A stretch of 64,000 nt of DNA, from NCBI GenBank assembly GCA_951406725.2, contig OX597840.1, positions 36,518,001-36,582,000 on the forward strand, written 5' to 3'. The number at the start of each line of letters is the position of its first letter. Within the stretch, counting starts at the first letter, position 1. Origin of the DNA: Octopus vulgaris (lineage: Eukaryota). Shown piece by piece: positions 53,757 to 64,000 of the stretch. The notes under the pieces were generated by a model. The model saw nothing but the letters and a program-made list of their open reading frames with translations, did no database searches and was not told where the DNA came from. The translations under genes were made by a program, and so were the position numbers.

Positions 53757-56700
53757 CTTTAGAGAAGATTGTTCTTTTGTTGGCATATGCTTCATTTATG
53801 TAATAAGTGAGTTGAGAAGTTTAAATTAACTGAGTTTATCCAGCAATTAAATGACAAAAACTCCCTCAGGAACTATTTGCATCTCTAAATAAAAAAAGAA
53901 AACCCAACAAATATGGGAGACAACTCCACTAATAGCATCTACTCTGAATTTCTTGAAAGAAACAACAACGTAGTTAAGGGTTAATGTTCTTTAACTCTGT
54001 TTAGCATTAAGTTGACTTGGTCGAACGTTCGGTTGTTTCATTCACATTGCTTTGAATTCAGATCAAGTATCAACCATTTATCAGTTCCTTGGGTCACCCT
54101 GGGCAACCCTCTCAGCTGTGTTCAAGTCAGTTCTCAGCTCCCTCATCTGCTGTGACAGTGAGATACATGGCTGGCCCAACACAAGCAAAACCCCAGCCAA
54201 ATCCTCAGAGAAGGGAACACAATATGCAGGATCGAATCGGAAAATCAAGTTCTAAATTAATTATTATTTGGTAGCTGTGTGATTTCAATGATTGTTTATT
54301 TTTAGAATGACATTGCAGGCTAGGTGTGAGAGGTTGGATCTGGTTAGTTTTAACATAAATAATGATGATGATTATATATATGTGTATATACAGAATGCAG
54401 TCATACACATGCACATATAACATGCATGTGTGATAAATGAGTGCACTTAATAAAAAGGTATTACACACACACACACACACACAGAAGCACCAATTCTAAT
54501 GAGAAGGGTCACAGTGTTCTTCCTTCCTTCTTGGTTTCCTTTGTACATCCTTCATCCTCTGCCTCTCCTTCCCTTAAACCACATCCCTACCCCTGAATCT
54601 CCTGCCATACGATTACACACACAAACCTACAGATAGCTACACACTCACAGTAGTGAACATTATGCGATTAGGCATTGTCTGCGTTTAACAAAGGGTTCTT
54701 GTAGCATGACCCTAACCATTACAGATGTATTGATTTCAAATTTTGTCACAAGGCCAGCAATTACAAGAAAAAGGGGTGGGTAACTCAATTACATTGATTT
54801 GAGTGTTCATCTGGTATTTTTTTTTTATTCACCTTAAAAGGTTGAAAGGTGAAGTCAACTGCAGCAGAATTTGAACTCAGAACATGAAGACAGGCAAAAT
54901 GCCGCAAAGCATTTTGCTCAGCATCTTAACCATTCTGTCTGCTCACTGCCTTCATCTTTACAAGTGTATTAATCAAACAAAATCCCCATCACCAACAGCA
55001 TGAGGCAACGAAGGAATTTCTATAGGGTCAGTCAACCTGATCCCTTTCAAATCACATCCAATTTACTTTTGTCAGGGTTTTACAGGTGAGATGAAAAGAG
55101 GAAATTCTTAGCAAACCAGAGACTTGCCCCAAAAGTCGAGAACAGAGTGGAATGTCTTAAAGACATGCAACGATCAGGGAGAGGTGTTGGATTAAGGATT
55201 AAGGTAATGGATTAAGTCTTCAAGTCTTTCTCTCAAGAATTCAGGCAGCAGACAGGAAGAGACCAAATACCAAGACATTTTGTTTGGCATTATTCCAGCA
55301 TTCCACCAACCAAGATCTGAACTTGGGGAGCATGGAGAGGAAACGAATACCACAAGGCATTAGTTCCTTTATTCTAATGCTTTTGCCAATTTGATAATTA
55401 AGTCAGTAAAAATGTGATTTAAGGGAGATTTGGTTACTATTTCAAGCAGATTAAGTGATCCTGTTGTGGCTGACTCCCTCTTGTGGTGATGGTGGTAGCG
55501 ATATCTTTAGGTGGTAATGATGATGATAATGATAGTGATGGACATAGGGAGGAGAGAGAGAGAGATTAGAATCAAGGAAGGACATCCCTTACACACACAC
55601 ACACACACACACACACACGAAATAAAAAAAAAATCTGGTTCTGAATTATAATGGGGTGAGAGTGGAACAAAGAATACGAGGAACTGACAAAAATATATAC
55701 AAACACTTCCCCACTCTTCACATCAGCTTGACACCCTATTTCCTTTTAGAAAACTGCAGAAACTGTAAAACGAAACAATAACCCCCCCCCCCCAGCAACC
55801 GTGGCAACGGAAGTCTTGTACTTCAATATAGAAGAACAGAACAAAAGACTTATTCAGAGTTGAGAGAATTGTTGTATATTTTGTGGCAAAAAGTCTTTCG
55901 AAAAACCAGGAATTATCAAAGACACTGAAGGAAGGGTAACAACAACTAAAGTAATAATGAGATAATAATGATGATAATAATAATAATAATATGGAGTTAC
56001 CAAAAGTTTCCAAAGGGTGTGGTGGTGGTGTGGATAGGGGTGAGAACAGGATGTGGCACAAAGAGGAGAGAAACATGAGTACAAAAAGATTTTTAAAAAA
56101 TCAAAACAAAACTACAAAACAAAACAAAATAACAATGGTCAACTTTGTTACATGTGTAAGTAATGAGTGTAGGTTTGTATAATTATTTCTGTGTAATTAA
56201 GAAGTTTGCTTTTGCAGCCTTGTGGCTTTGTGTGGTCAATTGTGCCACCGCATGGCACAATGAACAAATGCCTTCTACTACATGGGCCATGGGCCAAGCA
56301 AAGCCTCATTTTAAAAGCAGTGTGACTCAGCTCTAACATTACTCCAACATTAAAAACACATGCTGAAAGCAGCAACCAAATCTCCTTAAAATGACATGTT
56401 ACTAGCTTTAAAAGGGAAGGACACAGTAGATTGTGAAGTTCTAGGTGCTATTTTATGTCTGAAAAATAAAAAGACAGGATGGTCACTGTTGGAATGTGTT
56501 TGCTCATAACTAAACAACACTAAAACAACAACACCAAAAGTCTCTCGATGGTCACAGAGAGGACATTTGAACATCATCGGATAACATATTGGATAAAATA
56601 TTTTCAAGTATAAAAACAAATGAGATGGCCATGGTAGGAACGACTTTGATTTTAGTCTGTTTATTTGGGGCTAAACAAAAACTCGTTAACATTGGATAAT

Positions 56701-57211
56701 ATTCGAGTTATGTAAAGATAGAACATTTGAATAAATGATGTGTGTGTGTGTGATTGTGTGTGTATGGGTGTGTGTGAGTGTATGTGAGAGTGTATGTGTG
56801 AACGTGTGTGAGAGTGTGTGTATGTGAGAATGTATGTGTGTGTGAGAGTGTATGTGTGAACATGTGTGCGCGTGTGAGAGTGTGTGTATGTGAGAATGTA
56901 TGTGTGTGAGAGTATATGTGTGAGAGTGTATGTGTGTGTTTTTGTGTGCATGTGTGTGAGTATGTACACACACACACACACACACATACATACACGCACA
57001 GATTACATTCTTCAATGGTATGTGACTTTCTTGCTGCTGGTCAACTTAAATATCTAATTAACATCACAGCATTAACGAGCCATTCAGAACGAGATATGCT
57101 TAAGTCTCCTGTGTGAACAAGACATCACGTTGGTATGTGTGTGTGTGTGTGTGTGTTATGTGTGTGTGTGAGTGTTTATAAGTATGTGTCCATGTATATG
57201 TGTATGTGTAC

Positions 57212-57850
57212 AACATCATCATCATCATGTCTGTTTTCCATGCTGGCATGGGTTGGACAGTTTGGCAGGAGCTGGCATGGCTGGAGAGCTGCACAGGCTC
57301 CATGTCTGTTCTGGCATAGTTTCTATACAGCTGGATGCCATTCCGAACACCAACCACTCTACAGAGTGTACTGGGTGCTTTTATGTGGCACTGGGGTGTG
57401 TACTATGTGGCACCAGCACCCATGGGCCCACAAAATTCTGAATGCTCAGCTGAAGAGGGATCCAGGGGACATGGCTGTAGGCAGGGACGGCCCCAGTTTT
57501 ACTTAGATTGACATATGTCTTCCGAAGCACAGCAAATTGCCAGGAGGCTTGGTCCCCTGTCCTTCTGTGATCCTTTCTCACCACTTCATCCCAGATCTTC
57601 TGGGCCTACCTCTTCTACATGTTCCCTCCACCATGAAAGATCAGCACCTCTTGATGGAACTGTCCTCCTTCATGTGCATCACATGACCATACCTGTGCAG
57701 TCTTCTCTCTGATGCCTCCTTGTATGCACAGTTTTCCTCTCAGGTCTCTTACACCCTGTCGTATATGCACACTGACATTACCCATCCAGCAGAGCATACT
57801 GGCTTCATTTCTTTCAAGCCTTTCTATGTCCTGAGTAGTCACAGCCCGTA
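57212..57850 (-). mobile_element. Decayed RTE LINE 3' fragment
   Basis: ERLERNEASMLCWM, RTE 3' tail and (CAT)n. Confidence 0.8.
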
Positions 57851-57885
57851 ATATACACACCTAGATATAGATATTGTGTGTGTGT

Positions 57886-58040
57886 ATGTCTTGTTTTCTC
57901 CACCAAACCTTAGTCACAATTTATGTTCCTAACACTAGTTGAATGGTAACAAAGTTATTTTACTAAATTCTCCGTTATATTTAAAGTAATTGAAAGAAAT
58001 ACAGAGCATCTCAAAATAAATAGAGTAATGAAAGGGTTAA
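57886..58040 (-). mobile_element. Partial copy of piggyBac-type MITE family 1
   Basis: Reverse complement of about 40-215, ending GTAATGAAAGGGTTAA. Confidence 0.8.
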
Positions 58041-59583
58041 ATACATTTGAGGAGGGAATTGTGTGGTTAAACATAATTTTTCTTTTCATTAAAAACTTTT
58101 AATTGAAACGAGTCAAAAAATTAAGATAGATTACTGAAACAATGCTTTATTTATTGTAATTATTTATTTGCTGTTGTAATCTTAATGACCTATTTGATAA
58201 AAATAACTATCAGCATAATTTTCAATGTTACCAATTATTATTATCAATTCTAGAAGCTACTACTACTACTACTACTACTACTATCATCATCATCACCATG
58301 CTAATGAGCTGGTGGAATAATTATCACAACTTGACAAAAGGCTTAATGGCATTTCTTCTTGCTTCACATTCTGAGTTCAAATTCCATTGAAGTTGATTTT
58401 GTTTTTCATCTTTCTTCAGTTATTGAAACAAGTACCAGTTACATACTGGGGTGGATGGGATCAACTAACCCTCTTCCCACCAAAATTCCTGGTCTTGTGC
58501 CCACAGTACAAAAGATTATTAATATTTTTATGTTGGAACCGAATCATCTTAATTGCTATTATAATTGGTTTCATTTAATTTGGGACCAGGTTGGGAGATT
58601 GACCAAAAGCTTTTGTCTTGACCCTCCAAGACATTCTCATCTCTACTTATCGAATAGCTAAGTTATATTTTGGTTTATCTTTGACACATAAAGTGCGACA
58701 GGCCACAGCCATGGCCCAGATAGATGCATTAAATTTATGGGCTTTTGTTGGGGTCTAATGTCACTCAAACGCTCCAATACCCCCACCAGAAATCAGCGGA
58801 CTGATGGTTCAAATAATGACTTTTCAGATGAAGTAAAACTTGCCACCATTATACACTAAGAACATATTTTAACTATTTTTGTTTTTTTATGAGTGCATGG
58901 TAGTCTTATTTTCATAAAATGTGTTCAGCAGTCCATGCTATGTAAGTTCAAATCCCAGCGCTTTATGGTTTAAGAAAAAACCTATCCAAACAAATTGAAA
59001 TTCTTGGCCAAGAGCCAAAAAGTATGAATTTATTAAATCAAAGACTCGAATTTTGGCATTATTTTAATTCTGTAGTTACTTATGTTTCAACACAACATGG
59101 GAAATCTATTTTGTGAACATAAATATTAATATGAATTCATAATATAATACATTTACATACATTTGCTTTCAGTAGCCATTCCGAGTCTCAGAATTAATAT
59201 GCTCAACAGTTGCGATATTCTGTATGTGTGTGTGCGTGTATATATATAATGTATATATACATGTACGTATGTATATATACATGCATATATATATAATATA
59301 CAAATACATACATGCGTATATATATATATACATACATGCATATATATATATATATAATGTATATATACATGTATGTATGTATGTATATATATACATGCAT
59401 ATATATATAAATATTTATATATACATACAGTTGAACATTGGGGTTGACGTATTCGACTTGACCCATTCTTGAAAATGCTGACCTCTGAGTTGCATTCATG
59501 TGAGTTTGCAAATGTGCAAGTGCCTGGAGCAAGCCCCCTCTTTGTCCCCTCAGCTGGCTATGGACCCTTCCATCTCGGCTTAA

Positions 59584-59804
59584 CCCCTTAGCAGTCAGAT
59601 TTCTCTGTCAAATGTAATGGTTTATTTCTTCACATTAATTTCAATTAATCAAGCAATATCTCATAGCTTTGAGATTTCAGTGAGGAGATTTATCTATTTT
59701 TAGAATAACATTGCAAGGGAAGTGTGAAAGGCCAGATCAGGTCAGTTTGAAGATGAAACAGCTGAATATTTGGGCTGGGTATGGCTGATTTCAATACTAA
59801 AGGG
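59584..59804. mobile_element. piggyBac-type MITE family 2, opposite orientation (221 bp)
   Basis: TTAA at 59580-59583; right end CTAAAGGG-TCAA; internal motifs are the reverse complement of the 27404 copy. Confidence 0.7.
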
Positions 59805-59847
59805 TCAAGCATCTATTTATCTCACATTCATATTTCACACTCCTTTC

Positions 59848-59886
<39 letters not shown>

Positions 59887-60299
59887 CTGTCTGTGCGTCA
59901 CTAATACATTCTCAATCATTTTTGTATTCCAGCTATCTCTCTTTCTTATTCCAAGCCATCCCTCTCATTTATTTTCACACTTTCACTCTCCTTTCATTTC
60001 TTTGTTGCCCAAAACAAATAAAAAAGAAATCATTAATTAAAAAGGAAAAAGCCAAAGACAATAGTTGACCAACAAAATGTGAGTCAACAGAACCAAACGT
60101 TGCCAAAGGAATCAATACATTTTGCAGCTATTTCTACATCGAATATCATTATTGAGAAGCTGTGTGGCTGTGTGGGACACAGGTGAGGCACTTGCAGAGT
60201 TAATCAGTTTATTCTGGAAGGCATCATCTCCAATGGCTGGTGGAACCCTAATCTTTCATCATCTGATGCAGGATCCCTTCCTCTAATGCCCCCCACTCT

Positions 60300-60535
60300 C
60301 TCAAAGGATCTTTGTCATGCAAATTATTTGGTGACGGGGCTGGTGCCATGTAAAAAGCACTTGGTCCACTCCGTGGAGGGGTTGGTGTCATGAAGGGCAT
60401 CCAGCCGTAAAAAGCCTGCCAAAATAGACACAGTGGGTCGATGTAGTCTTACCTGGTTGGCCCCTATCACACTGTCCCACCCATGCCAGCAAGGAAGAGG
60501 GATGTTAAATGATGATGATGATGATGATGATGATA
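60300..60535 (+). mobile_element. RTE-tail-bearing non-autonomous fragment
   Basis: TAAAAAGCAC..GAAGGGCATCCAGCCGTA..CCCATGCCAGCA..GTTAAA followed by (TGA)n. Confidence 0.7.
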
Positions 60536-61562
60536 TACAAATACACTTGAAAATGAAAAAAAAACTAATTCAAAAGAAATACAAACATTGGAAAAAATTT
60601 AAAAACAGAAAAATCCATAAAAGCTAAGAAAATAAAATGTGGCAGGGATCGGGGGGGGGGAGCAGGGTAGGGGTGGGGGGGTGGGGGTGTTGAGTAAATA
60701 TTTAATTTATTTTAGAAATGAAAACCATGTGTTGCAGCCGGAACAACGTGTAACCATGTTTGTGTCGAACAGACAAAATCACAGCTTCACACAAAATACC
60801 TTGTGGTGTTTAGAAATGGATGGTCAGATTCTAGCATCAAGTTCTGTCAGGTTTAGGGTCGATGAGATTAAGGAGTATATATAAGGTGGGCAAGTGGCAT
60901 TTGGCAAATGCTTTGTGGATCATAGAAGAAATTTATTGCAGATAAACTTTAACAGCAAAATCTTATGTGGACCCTTATGACTCAAGGGGTCATATAGAGT
61001 CCAGTTGAGAGCCCCTGTCCTCGATGATTGTGATCAGGTCATTGTCATGTGTTTGGGTCTTTTCATCTACCCAGGGTGGCAGCAATTAGTAGCAGTAATG
61101 GGTGGAGACCATAAACTACCCAAATTCAAGGTTTTGTTCCTATATTTGAAAATATTTAGAATCTAACAAATTGAGACGTCTGTGAGATGGAAGAGTTCAA
61201 TAAAAAAACAATTTTTTTTAATTAGGGTTTGTGACTTTTGGTTTAGTATTTTTTTAAAACATTTCCCCCCAAATTTGAAATTTCAAACCAACAAAATAAA
61301 AAGAGATAAAAAATACTGAATTAAAAAAAAATCAATAAAATATATTTTTTCTCTTAAAAATGATAGTTTTTTCATTTATTTTTTAAAATCTGTTGAATCT
61401 GACACTGAAATTTGAACTCCAAATTCTTGGAAAACAATATTTTCTTTACAGTCTTAGTTAGAATTTCATTTGTAGTAAGTGACACTCCAATATTGTGTAG
61501 CCCTAGGTAGGCTTTGGTCTCCAGAGGATTTGTGATAAAAAATATTCCAGTTTGAAGATTGT

Positions 61563-62075
61563 CTGGTACGAACCCAAACTGCATCTTGTCTAGACTAACT
61601 CCCTCCCTAATTAGTTGGGCTATGACCCTCTCCGTGACCTTCATTACCTGATCCAACAGCTTGATACCTCTGTAATTATTTGTATCTAAAGTGTCACCTT
61701 TACCTTTGTAGCAGTTGACTATTATGCTGCTACACCAGTCATTGGGTGTGACTCCTTCGTGTATCAACTGGTTAACTATACGGGTGACTAGGCTATAGCC
61801 GACACTGCCAGATATTTTGAGCATCTCTGCAGTGATTTCTGATCGGCCGGGGGCTTTCCCTGTCTTCATACTCTTAATTGCTTTATCTACCAAGATACTG
61901 TCAACTCAGATAGCTGGTCTCTCTGTTGGGTCGATATTCAGCAGACTCTCTCCTATTCATTCTCTTTATCGAGCAACCTTTCATAGTGGCGTCTCCAAAC
62001 CTCTCTCTTGGCAGCCTCATTTAGCACAAGTGAATCATCATCCATGTGGACACATTTCTCTCCTATATGTGTGTG
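61563..62075 (-). mobile_element. RTE LINE reverse transcriptase N-terminal fragment
   Basis: VDKAIKSMKTGKAPG..ITAEMLK; PNDWCSSIIVNCYKGKGD..NNYRGIKLL; QFGFVP. Confidence 0.93.
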
Positions 62076-62644
62076 TGTATATATATATGCATGTATCTTC
62101 AGATATGTTGCATCTATTGACATATATATGTGACACATAATCGTTAGTCCAGTGTCACAGCCCTAATTGAACAGTCGACATCATCCGATGTGCCCTTCTC
62201 TTGTTTGGGACAGGGAGTTGCAATTTCACAGGGAAATTAGCTGCTGTTTTTAGCACGTCGACCGAGCAACACCATTAGAGACTGGCATTGACTTGTGAAC
62301 AAACATATGTATAGCGCGTGTGGGTGTGTATGTGGATGAGAGAGAGAGGAGGAGGAGGAGGAGCAACAGAAGACGGAGGCGGGGGTAAAGAGGGATATAT
62401 ATGAACAACAGTGGTTTTATGTGGATTATCTTATCTTGTAATACATAATCTCCAATACAACCAACACATTTGCTGGCACATGTCTGTGTACTTTAACACG
62501 TGGAAGATTTAGAAGTGTGTGCGTCCAAGTACGTTCTTAAAAGCTCCTGATTTAATTCAGTGTTTACACAACGTCTGTCTCTCGACGTCGAACGGACAGA
62601 CATTTGCTTCTCAATTAAATCACACAAAGAAGTGCGCACGCGAA

Positions 62645-62715
<71 letters not shown>

Positions 62716-63090
62716 ATATATATATGAGTGTATTATACGCATACACATTTAATCACTTGAACGACACCCGCAAATTTGGTTCCTGTCACGTCTAAATCAC
62801 TTTCCAAAAACTGTTTTTACAACAATTATCATCATTATCAATTATTATCGTCCTTATTATTATTATTATTATTATTATTATTTTGTTGTTTCTGTTGTTG
62901 TAGCGAGCAGAAACGAGTGCCTCGACACTCCTTGCAGTCAATTTTGACCTTTTTCACGGAAATTCGACCATGAATGATTAATTTTTCTAATTTTTGTTAA
63001 CACATTGTAATTAGCTGCAATTTTTGTGGTCGAAATAAATGAAGTGGAAATTTCAGCGTGTGACAATGGAAATGATATATGTGTGATTTT

Positions 63091-63347
63091 ATTTGTTTCA
63101 GTTATTTGATTGTGGCCATGCTGGAGCACCGCCTTTTAGTCGAACAAATCGACCCCAGGACTTATTCTTTGTAAGCCTAGTACTTATTCTATCGGTGTCT
63201 TTTGCCGAACCGCTAAGTTACGGGGACGTAAACACACCAACATTTGTTGTCAGGCGATGGTGGTGGTGGGACAAACACACACATTATATATATATATATA
63301 TACACACAAACACAGCAGGCTTCTTTCAGTTTCCGTCTACCAAATCC
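63091..63347 (-). mobile_element. SINE family A, 3' portion
   Basis: Colinear with 36489-36760. Confidence 0.88.
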
Positions 63348-63363
63348 GCAATATATATATCTA

Positions 63364-63399
<36 letters not shown>

Positions 63400-63434
<35 letters not shown>

Positions 63435-63985
63435 TTAGAAAGAGGGAAGAGTTTGTGTGAGATTCAAATTGATAAGTTTGTAGAAAGATAGAGGAAGACC
63501 GATAAAAATGACAAACAGAAAAATAGTTGGAGAGAGAGTGAGAGGTAGAGAGAGAGATACAAAAAGCATGAAAGAGAGAGAGAGGGCGTACAAGGATATA
63601 TAAATATACATACATGTCATGCTCAAGACATCGGTACCATGTAAATGACGGATATATAAATACAGAGAGATAAGAGAGGGGAGTGGAGGGACACATTCCG
63701 AGAGAGAGACAGACAGAGAGGGAGAGAGATAGATAGAGAGACAGAGAGAGAGAGAGAAAGAGGTAGAAAAATGTGTACAGACACCCTCCCATCACATTTG
63801 TAAAGACTTATTGGAGAAAAAGAGAGAGAGAGAGGGGGGAGAGAAGGAAGAAAGAAAACCCTCATTTCCTATCACACCCAATGTCGTATAAAGAGAGAGA
63901 GAGAGAAGGAGGAGGGAGAGAGAGAGCAGGAGGAGGAGAGAGGGAGGGAGGGAGGGAGGGAGGGACAGAGATAGAGAAAGCTGAA
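63400..63985. repeat. GA-rich polypurine tracts
   Basis: Directly visible in sequence. Confidence 0.85.
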
Positions 63986-64000
63986 AACCTGTTTTGCGGA

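Overview
This is a repeat-saturated, AT-rich animal genomic window. The SINE families, RTE LINEs with (GAT)n tails and dense (TA)n/(CA)n tracts point to an octopus or other coleoid cephalopod; this is an inference from repeat content. No intact multi-exon gene is visible, and most predicted ORFs are microsatellite artefacts. The window contains decayed RTE, CR1-like and L1/Tx1-like LINE fragments, at least three tRNA-derived SINE families, TTAA-flanked piggyBac-type MITEs, one TA-flanked mariner MITE and Penelope-like (PLE) remnants. Two possible minus-strand host exons lie at 13107-13151 and 2506-2548. The most notable signals are: (1) several fold-back elements embedded in (TA)n tracts, plus PLE-like termini carrying minimal type-I hammerhead-ribozyme motifs, the best being a near-canonical one at 18123-18160; (2) a 660-bp near-perfect palindrome (3193-3852) made by a fold-back duplication inside a SINE, whose only two mismatches found are both A:C; (3) three TTAA MITEs from two different sequence families that are all exactly 221 bp; (4) candidate CTCF and NF-Y/RFX regulatory motifs in unique sequence.
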